From: Mantamonas sphyraenae STR306
Taxonomy: Eukaryota > Protista > CRuMs
Assembly (NCBI GenBank): GCA_026936335.1
Contig: JAPMXV010000051.1
Location: 434,001 to 498,000, forward strand
Length of the DNA stretch: 64,000 nt
Reading direction: 5' to 3'
The position numbers and the translations under genes are program-made. The notes below the pieces were generated by a model, which worked only from the letters and a program-made list of their open reading frames with translations, made no database searches and was not told the origin of the DNA. Below are positions 45,739-57,303 of this stretch, piece by piece. Each line of letters begins with the position of its first letter. Positions within the stretch are counted from its first letter, which is position 1.

Positions 45739-46558
45739 TCATCGCAGAAGAAGTGGCATCTCTTTGCGCGGCTGCTGCTGCTGGTGCTGCTGTTGAGGCT
45801 GCTGGTGGACAAACACAGATCCAATGCGCTTCTGCTGGCCATACTGCGGCTGTTGCTTGGCACGGTTGTTGTGAATGTTTTCTTGGTCATCGAGGGCCTC
45901 GTTGCCGTAGCGGATGCGGTGGACCTGGGCCTTGCCCTTCTGACCTCCGGGCTTGCCGTACTGGGAGGCAATCTGTCGCCGCTGCTGGTACTGGGCGTGC
46001 AACACCTGATACTGCTGATGGATGGCTTTGTGTTGGTTGCGCATCTTGTACGGCGACACGATGTCGGGCGAGGAGCGCGGGCGGAGCACCTGCTGTGCTT
46101 CCTCGCGCTGTCGTCGGTATCGGCTCTCGTACGACGACTGCTGGCGCTGGGGTGACACAAGCACAGATGCGTGTGCTTGGGGCAGAACCAAATAGCCTGC
46201 CTGTCCTCCGCGACGCTGCCCATTCTGTTGCTGGTTGTCCATGCCCTGCTTCTGCACACGGGCCGGCGACGAGCGGATGTTGGGCAGCTTGAATTGAGAG
46301 GGATCCGAGCCCACACGTCGCTTGCCACGGTCCTTGCGCGGCGAAGGAAGCGAGTTGGACGAGCCCTTCAAGGGCTTGTCTCCGTTGATGCGCTCGCTTG
46401 GCGACTTGCCGTTCTGCTGCTGCTGTCGTCGTCGCTTGCCTGAGGATGAGGATGAGGATGAGGATGAGGATGAAGTGGTTGAGGTGGTTGAGGTCACGGA
46501 GATGAACGAATCGTCTGCGTTGTCCTTGCCGTTGCTGTGATTGCCATTCTTGTTGTTG

Positions 46559-46589
<31 letters not shown>

Positions 46590-48173
46590 TCGCGTGTGCC
46601 TCTTCAGAGTCCATCTCGTCGTCAGTGTCGTCTGTTTCACCAACAGAGTCGAGTGGAGGAAACTGGATGTCCTTGTAGTGAAAAAACGGCCCCGGCAGCT
46701 GCTCGCTGAGCTTGTGCAGGTTGGCCGGGATCTTGATGGTTCGCATCATTGGCGAGCTGGGCTCGCTGAGCTTCTCGATGCCGTTGAGGCTGCGGACGAG
46801 GCTGAGGCGGCTGACAATGCAGTCCATACGCAGGATCTCGTAGATGGTGGGTCGCTTCTTGGCATCCACGACCAGCATGGTCTTGATGAGGCCACGCAGG
46901 TCGTCCGAGTAGTGTCGGGGCAGATTGGCGATGGTGCCTTTGACCACCTTTTGGGCCAGACTCTTGGCATCCTTGGCATCAAACGGATAACGCAGGCAGG
47001 TGAGTTCGTGCAACAAGCAACCCAGGGACCAGATGTCCGACTTCATGTTGTACGGCTTGTTCTTCCAAATCTCAGGCGAAATGTAGTACGGAGTGCCCAC
47101 TTGCGTGCGGGCCAGCGAGTTCTTCGACTTGAGAGCCTTGGCCACGCCAAGGTCGCCGATCTTGACCTGGTACAGCTTGGTCAGGAAGATGTTGGGGCTT
47201 TTGAGGTCCTGTGTCAAGTAAGCGACGAGTGGGCATGGACGTGTAAGTGACTGTGTGTGTGGGGGGGGGGGGGATGGGTTACGATGGGGTGAATGCTCGC
47301 AACGTACTCGGTGCAACACTTTCTTGTCGTGAAGGATCTTCAGCCCCATGCAGATCTGGATGAACAGACACCAGATGATGTCCTCGTCAAAGTACTCGCG
47401 CTTCTTGCGCTGCTTCTCGATCAAAGAGAGCAGATCGCCGTGCTTGGCGTACTCCATGACCTGGGCGGGGGTGGGCCAATCGAGTCAGCAAGGCGCGCCG
47501 GCCGTTTGTCTCGCGGGCACGCGTAACCTACAATGTAGATGTTCTTCTTCTCAAAGAAACCGTCGTAGTACCCGATGATGTTAGGGTGGTGGATGGAAGC
47601 GAGCAAACGCAGCTCGTTGACGGCTTCCTCGCTGTGGGTGTGGGCAAACGCGTTGTGAGCGGATTTTGAACGGTGGACCGTTGGCGGTTTACGCGCGCGA
47701 ACGCGAGTTGCTCCCTTTCTCGCCAATCTGCACTGCACATACCGTTCACGGCGGTCCATCTGGCGGATGTCGACCTCCTTGATGGCATACTTCTTGCCAT
47801 CGCTGATGCGCGTGGCCTTGTAGACAGCTCCATAGGTGCCTTTGCCCAGTGTTTTGTGGATCTTGAAATCCTTCAGGCGGCTGGCTCGCTTTTTCGTGCT
47901 CTTGGCCGCCAGTGTGGACGTGTGGCTACGGGACGCCTTGGAAGACTTGTATCCATGCCGGTGGGAGCTTTTGGTGCGAGAGGAGGACGACGAGCTGCTG
48001 CTCTGCTCCTGCTTGCGTTCGACAAGAACCTGAGGCTTGCCAAAGCGAGGCATCGGGTTCTGTGTGCTGATTTCCTCGGCATCCTCCTCGTCGTGGTACA
48101 CAACAAGCTTGGGCACCTTTGGCTTGCGTGGCGGCTTGGCCTGGTGCGAGCGCTTGCGGTTGTGACCGTGCAT
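45739..48173 (-). CDS. NIMA-related kinase (NEK; similar to the CNK2/NEK1-type ciliary group)
   Basis: LGKGTYGAVYK, YAIKEV, EEAVNELRLLASIHHPNII, HRDLKSPNIFL, KIGDLGVAK, TQVGTPYYISPEIWKNKPY and SDIWSLGC. Three introns; low-complexity C-terminus. Confidence 0.9.
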
Positions 48174-48238
48174 GGGTGGGGGTAGGATGGGTGGTTGATG
48201 TTCGTTTGGCTGGGTTCGCGCCGGTTCGTCCAAACAGC
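48174..48238. promoter_or_regulatory. Putative bidirectional promoter shared by NEK and mL43
   Basis: 65 nt between divergent ATGs; inferred from geometry. Confidence 0.5.
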
Positions 48239-48959
48239 ATGGTCAAATTCAACCGGGGCACCATGAGCTCCGTGCTCAACAAGCTCACGCTTGTGTACTG
48301 CCCAGTTTCGGGAGCAGCCGTGGGGCGAGGTAGGTGACAGGACGGCACTGGGCGTGAGCGCACGCGCCGCTGCGTCGGGCGCTGCTCGTCGTCCACCTTG
48401 TGCACATGGTGTCGAACACGTTGTACAGGTGGTGTCGTCCACCACATGTGGCTACAGGACGCGTGTGCGCTTCGGCAGAGCAACATGGAGGCCGATGAAA
48501 ACGGGTGAGAAGGAACATGCGCTGACACCGATTCGGCGGGGCGGCCGCACTGACTTTGCGGCGCACAGGGAGGTTGCCAAGAGGGAGGTGCAGGGGAGCA
48601 TCATCAATCGCGCAACCAACTTTGAACAGGTGCACAGGAGGGGCCATCACCCGTACCTGCAGGGCCACTACGGTGAGTGCACGTTTTTCCTCCGTCCCGG
48701 CCTCCTCGTGCTTTCCGCGCAGAGCGTTCCGCCGCGGCTAACACGCTCACCCTGCCTTGTGCCGGGCCCGCTTTCTCTTGACATAGAGAACGGATTCACC
48801 AAAGTCATTGGCATCAAGAACCTGCCCAGCAAGAAGATCATCAAGCACATGGAGTACCTGCAAAACTCGCGCGGGTTCAAGAACATCAAGCCCAAGAGCA
48901 CCAAGTTCACCAAGACGCCGTCCATCCAGGGCATGTGGGACCCCTATGTGAAATATTGA
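48239..48959 (+). CDS. MRPL43: Mitochondrial ribosomal protein mL43 (1-nt frameshift in exon 1)
   Basis: LNKLTLVYC...GSSRGAR...RRGHHPYLQGHYENG...KNL...LQNSRG...TKTPSIQGMW. Introns: 48330-48568, 48673-48786. Confidence 0.85.
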
Positions 48960-49071
48960 TTGATTGTGGACAGCAGGACACAGCACACACACACTGCAAG
49001 CAAATGGAGAGGATTTTCCTTGCAAAAGTTGAAGTGCCTTTTCTTGGTCTCCCATCATTAACAACACCCAA

Positions 49072-50845
49072 TCAGAGGTCCGGGTCGTTCCACACGCTCT
49101 CCGGTGCAAACGTGTACACCACCTGGCCCGAGGGTTTGCCGTGCTCAAACTCGCCTTCGACGCTGGAGCCGTCGGCAAAGACAATCTTTCCCGGGCCGTG
49201 CTTGCGTCCCTTGACAAACTGGCCCTGGTAAACAGAGCCATCAGCAGCCTGGAACTCGCCGTAGCCGTGGCGCTTGTCGTCGAGCCACTCCCACGTACTG
49301 GGCCCCGTTGGCGTAGATAAAGGTACCCTGGCCGCTGGCATGATCGTTCTTGAAGGTGCCCTTGAACACATCGCCGGACGGGTAGCGCAACTCACCCTGG
49401 CCCTCCTTCATGCCGTTGACAAACTCGCCATGGAACTCGTCTCCGTTGCGGTAGTAGAGGGAACCCTGGCCATGTGCCCGATCAGCTGCCCAGTAGCCCT
49501 CGTACTTTTCGCCGTTGGCGTACACCAGCACACCATAGCCGTTCTTGGCGTCGTCCTCCCACTCACCCGAGTAGACGTTGCCGTTGGCAAATGTGTAGCG
49601 GCCCTGGCCGTGCATGGCGCCGTTGCGCCACGCGCCTTCGTACACCGAGCCGTCTGGGAAGTAGTACTTGCCCTGGCCGCTCATCTCGCCCTCTGCCCAG
49701 TCACCCTCGTACTTTTCAGTGATGCCTCCGTCTCGCGAGGCGTACGTGATCGTGCCCTTGCCGTGTCGCTTGTCGTTCTTCCAGCCGCCCTGGTACACAT
49801 CGCCCGACGCAAACGCATACTTGCCCTGCCCGTGCATCTTGCCATCGACCCACTGTGCGGAGGTGTGCCCAATGTACACACGCACGCCTGTGTCAGCGTC
49901 TCTTTCTCAATCTCTGCGACGTTTCCCACTCTCGTACGCTCTCTCTTTACGCCGCAAACCCACCTCGCCGACGTAGATGTCGCCGTCGCCCGCATAGGTC
50001 AGCTTGCCGTAGCCGTTGATGACGCCGTCTGTGAGCACCGGGCACAGTGCGAGGAGTTAGTAGCAGGATTGAGAGAGGGACTGGGAGATTCGATGGGGCA
50101 TGGGCACGCGTGGATGTGTGTGTGCGTGCCGCAAAAGGGAAGAACAACACGCTTGCTGGAGACAAGGCTTACCAATCCATTCGCCCTCGTAGACGTTGCC
50201 ATTGGCATAGACGCAGACGCCCTTGCCGTTGGCCTTGTCGTCCACCCACTGGCCGTCGTAGTATGAACCGTCGGCATACTGGAGAGAGCGTGTAGCGCGT
50301 GGTGTGAGCAGCCAAAGAGACGAGCATGTGTCAACGGGCAGCTGGGACATTGCCTTTGGCGACACGGTGGGAGACACGGTGCATGGGTGTGCAGACGCAG
50401 TAACACCAAATGCAGGGCTGAATCGGGGTAGGAAGAGGCTGACTCTGGTGTGAAAAGGCCGGTGCAGAGCCTTGGTGCAGGGCGGGGCAAGAGCCGGGAG
50501 AAGGGAAGGCGGAGGGGAAATTTTGTGGCTGCCCGGATTTGGAAGACGCCCGCAGCAGCACGCTGTCACCTACCGTAAACTTGCCCGTGCCTTGTCGGAT
50601 TCCGTTGACCCACTCGCCCTGTGGGAAAAGGAGTCAAAGTGCATGGAAGGGCAGTACGAGCGTGAGCAGGGTGAAATGACACGGGGCAAAGGGTGTGCGC
50701 GAGGCGAGCACGTGTGGTGACAAGGGTGCGATGGACATATGCAGGAGCACAACATTACCTCGTAGGTCTCATTTGTGGGGTACTCCATGACACCGAAGCC
50801 ATGGATGACGCCATTCTCCATCTCGCCCGAGTACTTTGCGGACAT
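49072..50845 (-). CDS. MORN1: All-MORN-repeat protein of the Toxoplasma/trypanosome MORN1 type (2-nt frameshift near 49291)
   Basis: About 15 tandem YxGxWxxGxxHGxG repeats, the insert [19 protein letters not shown] and the C-terminus [14 protein letters not shown]. Four introns in the 5' half. Confidence 0.85.
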
Positions 50846-51554
50846 GGTTGTGGAAGGGTTTGGGTTTGGCAGATGGGCGGATGTCCGCATGGACGCAGAC
50901 ACAGCTTGGATGGAGGACTGCCTCTGCATCGATCGTGGAACCTTGGCCATGCAACCTCTTTGTGCGACGGCGCATGCAACGAAAATGACTCGCACGGACA
51001 GCGCGCTCTTTTTGAGCGGTCGCCGCGACGCAGGCTGAGGCCCGTGCGCAAAAATAGACCGCCCTGTGCTGTGTGCACTCGTGGCCCTTGTGGACATGCT
51101 GTGTGCACAGTGCGCTCGTTCCCAGCGTTGTCTGGAGGGTGCTTGCACACTCTGGGCAGCCGGCATGCGTGAGGCCGCCGTTTTGGCTGTGTCGCATGCT
51201 TGCCGGTAGCCGGCTGCGAGAGGTCTGCCAGAGCCTGTTCTTTGTCCCAGGCACTGCGTCTGGCTGCTGTCCATCCATGTGTGAGGCGTAGAACAACCAA
51301 GACGGGGTCATAGTGCATGCGTGGGCCTGGTTCTGTCCTCCTGCGCGTGTCTCCACATACCCGCACAGTCCCAAGTCCCAGAACGTGATGCATGGCGTGT
51401 CCAGAAGTGATGAGTGTGCATGCATAATAACACAGCCGCATGGGTGGAGAGAGACTTGTCTGCATGCACAGAGAGCCTTGAGCCACGACACGCAAGAAAT
51501 CACCGCAGCTTCGCATTGTGCATCACATTCCATTGCTGAGGACACGTCCTGTCT

Positions 51555-52785
51555 TTACTTGGACTTCTTGGTCTCCTTCTTGGCATCCTTGGCATCCTTG
51601 GCGTCCTTGGCGTCCTTCTTGCTGCCAAAGATGTAGCTCTGCAGGTAAAAGTTGCCAAAGAGGATGAGCAGGGTGATCATGTAGTACACCAGGAGCAAGG
51701 AGAGCCAGTTGGGGTACACGTCGTAGCAGCCGGGGCCGTACACGTTGTACAGACCCTGGACCATGTTCAGCAGGAACTGGACCATCTGCAGCTGGGTCAC
51801 CACGTTCTTGGGCAGCGGGAACTTGAGGTTGGGGTAATCCTTGCGCAACACCAGGAACAGGTAGTACGAGTACATGATCACGTGGATGAAGCTGTTCTGC
51901 GCCGCGCTGAAGTACGCATCGCCGCCGGGACCGTAGTACACCACGATGTGCCAGATGATGAAGATGGATGCTGTGCACACAGAGTGGCAGACACATAGAC
52001 ACAGCCACAGCCGTCAGTGTCATCAGTGTCATCGACCATGTGTCAGTGGCTGGCCTGCCCCACACTGCAGGAAAGCAAAAAGCCGAGCTTGCGCAGAGAC
52101 ACGTGGCCGTCACTTACCATGATGGTACACGTGCAGGAACGACACCTGACGGTCGCGCTTGCGCAGAATCATGATCACCTGTGTGTGGCCGAGGTGTGGA
52201 GGCCATGTGTGCAATCCACATGGTGCTCTCTGCGTGTCAGGGGCCTGGTGAAGAAATGCTGAGGAACACGCAAACAAAAAATGCGAGGCACAACGAGGCG
52301 GCGGGCAAACACAATGGGTCCTCTGCGCAACGTACGGTGTCGATAAACTCGGGCACCTTGGACAGATAGAAAATCCAGACGATCTGGGCCATCTCCACAG
52401 CGTGGTCGCCCTTGCCTGCAGGATTGCAGAAGAGTGAGTAGTCGTTGAGCAGCGCTTGACGAATGCACTCGATGCACATGTACGCCGACAGAGCAATGAG
52501 GAAGATGTTGTGAAGAATGCTCCACGTCTTCAGCTCAAACGGCTCCCGGTTCTTCATGATGCCAGGCACAATCAGCACAAACAGCAGGTAGGCGACCACC
52601 AGCGCCAGCATGGGCGCAGGCGACGACAGCATCCACCAGTCCTTGACCATCGGGTGGCCCTGAGCACGGGCCCACTCGTACTGCGCAGTCAGCGTGTCCA
52701 CATTGAACGCAGTCAGAGCATCCACCACATCCACCAGCGAAGGGGCGCTAGTCAGCTTCGTCACCTCCAGAAGGGTCGTCAGCAT
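51555..52785 (-). CDS. ELOVL-type fatty-acid elongase (resembles PUFA/delta-6 elongases)
   Basis: FYLSKVPEFIDT, QVSFLHVYHH, PGGDAYFSAAQNSFIHVIMYSYY, TQLQMVQF, LFGNFY and a C-terminal KKSK. Exons: 52785-52336, 52178-52118, 51970-51555. Alternative in-frame ATG at 52839. Confidence 0.93.
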
Positions 52786-52954
52786 TGCACGAAAAGTAGT
52801 GGATGTGCGGGCGCTCGGTGCTGTGTCAACGAACTCCATGGGTTGTCCAATCACGGCAGAGGTTGCGAAAACACAGAGCACATTGCACATTGTGCCACGT
52901 TCACATGGCTTGCATCTCGTCCCGTTCCTGCGCTTGTCTTCCCAGCCCTGTGCG

Positions 52955-54421
52955 ATGTCCACATCATCCGTGCGTCCCTGTCTCCACAACGCTCTTTCAC
53001 CCCTCCCGCCCTCCCTTTACCTTGCCTGTTGCCTCATTAACCATTCTTTTGACCTCACACCCTGTATTGCCCCCGCTACAGCGTCCCGAGGCGTCGGATT
53101 CCGCATCCGTTGTTGATAGACCACCGTTGGACACTGTACAGAGCCTAACCGCCTCTGCCACAGGCGCCATGCTGGTGGCACTGTTCAGTATGTATCCATG
53201 CCGTGTCCCCCATGCCTATTAAGCACCTCCCTGTGGCTCTGCCCGTGGTTCCGAACTTCAACCACGGACACACGCACACCGCCGAACACAACGCCCGCGT
53301 ACTGCCCTGCCACTCACACGTTGCCCCCTCAAACGCCCGCCCCCGTGGCCTTGCCTCGATGCTCGCCTCTGCTCCACCTCGCAGCCACCCCGCTCGATGT
53401 GGTCAAGGTCCGTCTGCAGACAGCAGAAACGCTGCACAGCCGGACCATGCTTCGCGAAAATCAGGTGAACCTCAAGTCGCCGGCCCTCGTCAAGGTGACT
53501 GTGAACCGCCCAAGCGCGGTCAGCGAGCAGCCACTCATGTCCCAGCAGGCCTCGCGTATCCAGGGCTCTGGATTCAACCCCATCACCCCGCCCACGCCTC
53601 CCAGCAAGTTGGCTCGCTCCTCCTTGCCCTCCCCAGGCACTCTGGAAACCCTCATGAGCATTGCTCGACACGAGGGCGTCCCTGCCCTCTGGCGTGGCAT
53701 TGTGCCCTCCCTCGTCATGGCCCTCCCTTCCTCCTCTATTTATATGACCGCCTACGACTCCCTCAAGTACGAGCTCGTCAACACTCTCGGCCCACGGAGC
53801 GAGCCCTACGCCCCGCTCCTCGCTGGCTCCATTGCACGCACCTTTGCCACCACTGTAACATCGCCTCTCGAACTCATGCGCACCTACATGCAGTCCCAAT
53901 CCTCCCACACACGAGCCTCCGCCGCCGCAGCAGGTGTCTCCCAGCCCGACACCCTTGCTGCGTTCTTCAGGGCCCAGCTCGCTCGTGGTGGCATCCGCCA
54001 GCTCTTTGTTGGCCTGGGGCCATCCCTTGTCCGCGACATCCCGTTCTCTGCAATCTACTGGGCGCTGTACGAAAACATCCGCGTTGCCATTGTCAACCGC
54101 ACCTCGCTCCAGAGCGACACCTTTGCTCTGCCCTTTGTCAGTGGCGCCATCGCAGGTTCCATTGCTGCTTTTGTCACCACCCCCGTCGACGTCATCAAGA
54201 CTCGGGCACAGGCAAACCTTGGCAACTCCACTGCTCACTCTCCCTTTGCCCCTTCCAATTCCCTTACCATGCTCCGCACCATTGTACGCACTGAAGGCAG
54301 CGCTGCACTCTGGGCGGGCGTCATTCCACGTGTCGGCAAGGTAGCTCCGGCCTGTGCCATCATGATCGGCACCTTTGACACACTCAAGACCTTTCTCGCC
54401 GCCCAAGAGGCTTCTTTCTGA
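52955..54421 (+). CDS. Mitochondrial carrier of the SLC25A39/40 (Mtm1) family
   Basis: TPLDVVKVRLQ, IARHEGVPALWRG..PSLVMALPS..IY..AYD, SPLELMRT, RDIPFSAIYW, TPVDVIKT and KVAPACAIMI. Exons: 52955-52969, 53082-53187, 53385-54421. Confidence 0.9.
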
Positions 54422-54545
54422 GGATGAACCCACCCTCCTCCTCCTCCTCCTCCTCCTCCTCTTCTCCCGTCCCCACCTGTCTTTTTCGAATTCGCACGCA
54501 TCATGGGTGCATGTGGGAACAGAAGGAAATGTACATTTCACAGTG

Positions 54546-55274
54546 TCACAGCTCGTACTGCATCGTGTCAGATATCAACGTTTGCGTGTCTTCCAAGTAC
54601 AACATGGACGTGCTGCCATACAACTGGTTTTCCAGCTCCAGCAACTGGCCCATGTACGGCCCGCGCGGCAGAGCTTGGTACCTTGCCTCCTTCACCGTGT
54701 TGAATGCTGTCTGTGTGTTCATCGCCTGCTCTGTCATCAAATACGCCATCACTACCACAGGGCTCAATGTGATGCCCTCATCGCAGTACACACACACCGT
54801 GGCCTCGTTCTCCCGCGCCGCCTTGATGAACGCGCTCGCCAGCTGGAACGCCTCGCTCAGATTCGTTTCACCCGTGTCCCGCAGACCCAGACACAACTCG
54901 TCTTGTGCATTCTTGGCCTGAGGCTCCACCTCACAGCACGCCACGTAGTGCGTGACGCCCATTCCGTTTAGCGTTCCACGCTGCAGCACGTTGGCACGCG
55001 ACCCAACCACAATGCCTTCGCACACCACAGTGGGCGGGTACACACTGGTTGACACGTGCGCTTCCACCAGCTGTGACACCAGCTTCTTGTGTCCTCCCAG
55101 CTCCTGGCCCAACACCGCCTCCACAGCTTGCCGCACCTCCAGCGTCGTCACTTCCGTCACCTCCACAGACATCAAGTACTCGTGGATAGCCTCCTGCAAC
55201 AGATCCACGTCCACTGGCTCACTGCTACCCTCGCTTCCGCTCTGCGTCTTGGCCGCTCCAGTTCGTGTCGACAT
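54546..55274 (-). CDS. DEK-C plus dual-specificity phosphatase domain protein (slingshot-like core), probably catalytically impaired
   Basis: LQEAIHEYLMSVEVTEVTTLEVRQAVEAVLGQELGGHKKLV is DEK-C-like. The DSP fold follows: PPTVV..GIVVGS, GVTHYV, LRDTGETNL, FIKAAR, VYCDEGITLSPVVVMAYLM and YMGQLLELE. Confidence 0.8.
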   Translation of the reverse strand: MSTRTGAAKTQSGSEGSSEPVDVDLLQEAIHEYLMSVEVTEVTTLEVRQAVEAVLGQELGGHKKLVSQLVEAHVSTSVYPPTVVCEGIVVGSRANVLQRGTLNGMGVTHYVACCEVEPQAKNAQDELCLGLRDTGETNLSEAFQLASAFIKAARENEATVCVYCDEGITLSPVVVMAYLMTEQAMNTQTAFNTVKEARYQALPRGPYMGQLLELENQLYGSTSMLYLEDTQTLISDTMQYEL

Positions 55275-55450
55275 CTCGCCCTCTTTTCGTATTCCTGTGG
55301 CTCTCCACGCGCTCCATTCCTCGCTTCCATCCTTCCCACCACCACTGAATGTGCAAATTGGCATCTCATTCCCTTCCCTCAATGCTCTTTCCTTCTCTGC
55401 TCCTCTCTGGCCTCAACCGCCTGCCTCTGCGCCGCAACACCCATCCTTCC

Positions 55451-57272
55451 ATGCAGAACGTCCCGCTCTTTTTCTATTCGGGGCTCCCAGGCTTCTCTGG
55501 CCACGACCAGGGTGCCTTTCTTGGCTCCTGCTTCTTTGTCTTTGACGACACGGTGGCTACCCAAGAGGAAGACGACCAGGAGGAGATGGTGAGCCGCCAG
55601 CTGGTTTCCCTCTACCCATCGTGCCCTGCACTCCGCTCGCCCCAAACTGACCCCGTATTCCGTTCATCGTGCCTTGTGTTCCTCTTTCCTCCCCCTGCAG
55701 ATTCTCTACTTCTACCCAGAGTCCGTAGAGGACGACTTCAAGTTGTTTCTCATCGGCGCGTGTTCGGCCCTCTGCGACATTGCCCAGAAGTTCGGCACGA
55801 CGGACCTGGAGGACGAGGAGGCCACCGCTGCTGCTGCTCAGCAACTTCAGGTGGTCACTCTGGATAAGTTCAAGCTGGGATTCCACTTTGTTGAGTCCGC
55901 AACGCTCGTCTTTACCGGTTCGGGCGACACCCCCGACGCAGTCATGATCAACCACCTCCAGTCCTTCACCGATGCCTTTACCTTTTTCAACGGCTCCTTT
56001 GCCGACCTCAAAGAGTACGCTGAGCTCGAAGGCATCGACTACCGCGCAGACGTGGCACGTCGCTGCGGCGAACTTGTGCCCCTGATTCAGGAAAAGGCCG
56101 CGCCCCTCAACCTCTTCCTGCCCCTTCCGTACACACAACTGCCCAAGAATTCCAACCGCCACTTTCTGGCTGCATCTCAGCTCCTCCACGCCGTCTCCCA
56201 GGTCCCGGGCAACCTCGGCGCGGCTGTGTTTTACGACTCGGCCATTCTCTGCTCCCAATTTGACCTGGACACCACTCGCTGGGCCCTTGTGCGCCTCCAT
56301 TACATGCAAAGTGCAGACGAGAATAGTCGCGACGCAGGCTCTGCCAGTGGATCGTCGTCAAGCGGCGGCGACGGCCTCGCCTCGGACGACTTGGATTCCT
56401 CAGCCTCGGGCCTGGCCAGTGGAGGCAGCAGTGGAGGCACAGGCGGAGGGGGTGGAAGCAGCAGTGGAAGCAGCAGTGGAAGCAGCAGCAGTAGCAGTAG
56501 CTCGTCTGGAGTCAATGGTGGCAACGCAAACGCTACCGACAGCCTGGAAAACTTTCTGCTCGTGTTTATGAAGGCAGAGTCGCTGGAGGCGCTGCGCACC
56601 AACGCCAGTGCGCACCGGGGCGGTGGAAAGAGCGAAGGAGCAGGCGGTGGCACGTCGGGGAGTGGTGCTGCCAAGGTGGACATCAAGGAGTTGTACCGCA
56701 GGGAACACGCGGACGGAGAGTATGTGGGTCTGTACATTGTGTCGCTAGAACACGTGGCGTTGGCTGTGGTCATGTCTCTGGACGCCATCCACGACGTCCG
56801 TCACATCCGCAAGCTGCGCCTGGACACGCAGCGCAAGATGTTCAAACTGCAGGAACAGCTGCAAAAGGCCTTTCAGGACACCACCTGCGACTATTACATC
56901 CATGAAGGTGTGGCCACACCGTCGAGCCAGCGACACACTTTTCAGGCGTTTGCCAGGCCCGTGTACAACTTCCTCACCTACGAATCGCTGACGCAAGAAG
57001 CACGCGGCAGCCTCCTGGACACCAGCGTCGAGTCGGACACGTCGTTCGTACGAGGCATTGGCCTGGGCCACGAGTGTTTTCTGGATGAGGAGCGCGACAG
57101 TTCCATGCTGGTGCTCAAGAACAACAGTGGGCAAGTGTACTGCCGCAACGTGTGGGGCAAGCAGACCTTTTACCAACACTTGGCTGGCGGCAAGCAGACG
57201 CAATCCATGGGAGAGGGCGAGAAGTTGGCTAGGGACAACCTCAAGTCGGACCACGACATCCTGTTGCTGTGA
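55451..57272 (+). CDS. HPS4: HPS4-like tri-longin protein (BLOC-3 subunit; CCZ1/HPS4/INTU family)
   Basis: FFVFD...EEDD...ILYFYP, FTFFNGSF, FLAASQLL...LGAAVFYDSAILCSQF and C-terminal HECF...LKNNSGQVYCR...QTFYQ...ARDNLKSDHDILLL parallel HPS4. Intron 55589-55700. Confidence 0.8.
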
Positions 57273-57303
57273 GAAGGCGGTGTGTGCGCTGGTGAGGCCA
57301 AAA

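Noticed and set aside
47260-47290. G14 run and neighbouring G tracts (possible G-quadruplex) in a NEK intron
   Set aside because: It is a C-run on the sense strand of an intron, and its length is unreliable in this assembly. There is no evidence of function.
48458-48504. Possible extra exon inside mL43 intron 1 that might repair the frame
   Set aside because: In the required phase it contains a TGA, and it would not restore the GSSRG motif.
9160-49300. A genome-wide programmed frameshifting or RNA-editing system explaining all indels
   Set aside because: The shifts differ in sign and size, mostly fall in short homopolymers and share no slippery motif or adjacent stop. Long-read consensus error is simpler. 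They are kept only as individual low-score checks.
51001-51020. Hairpin resembling a histone stem-loop
   Set aside because: Stem and loop do not match the consensus, and there is no adjacent histone gene.
51407-51540. Possible box C/D snoRNA (GTGATGA ... CTGA)
   Set aside because: No terminal stem and no convincing rRNA-complementary guide; such short boxes occur by chance.
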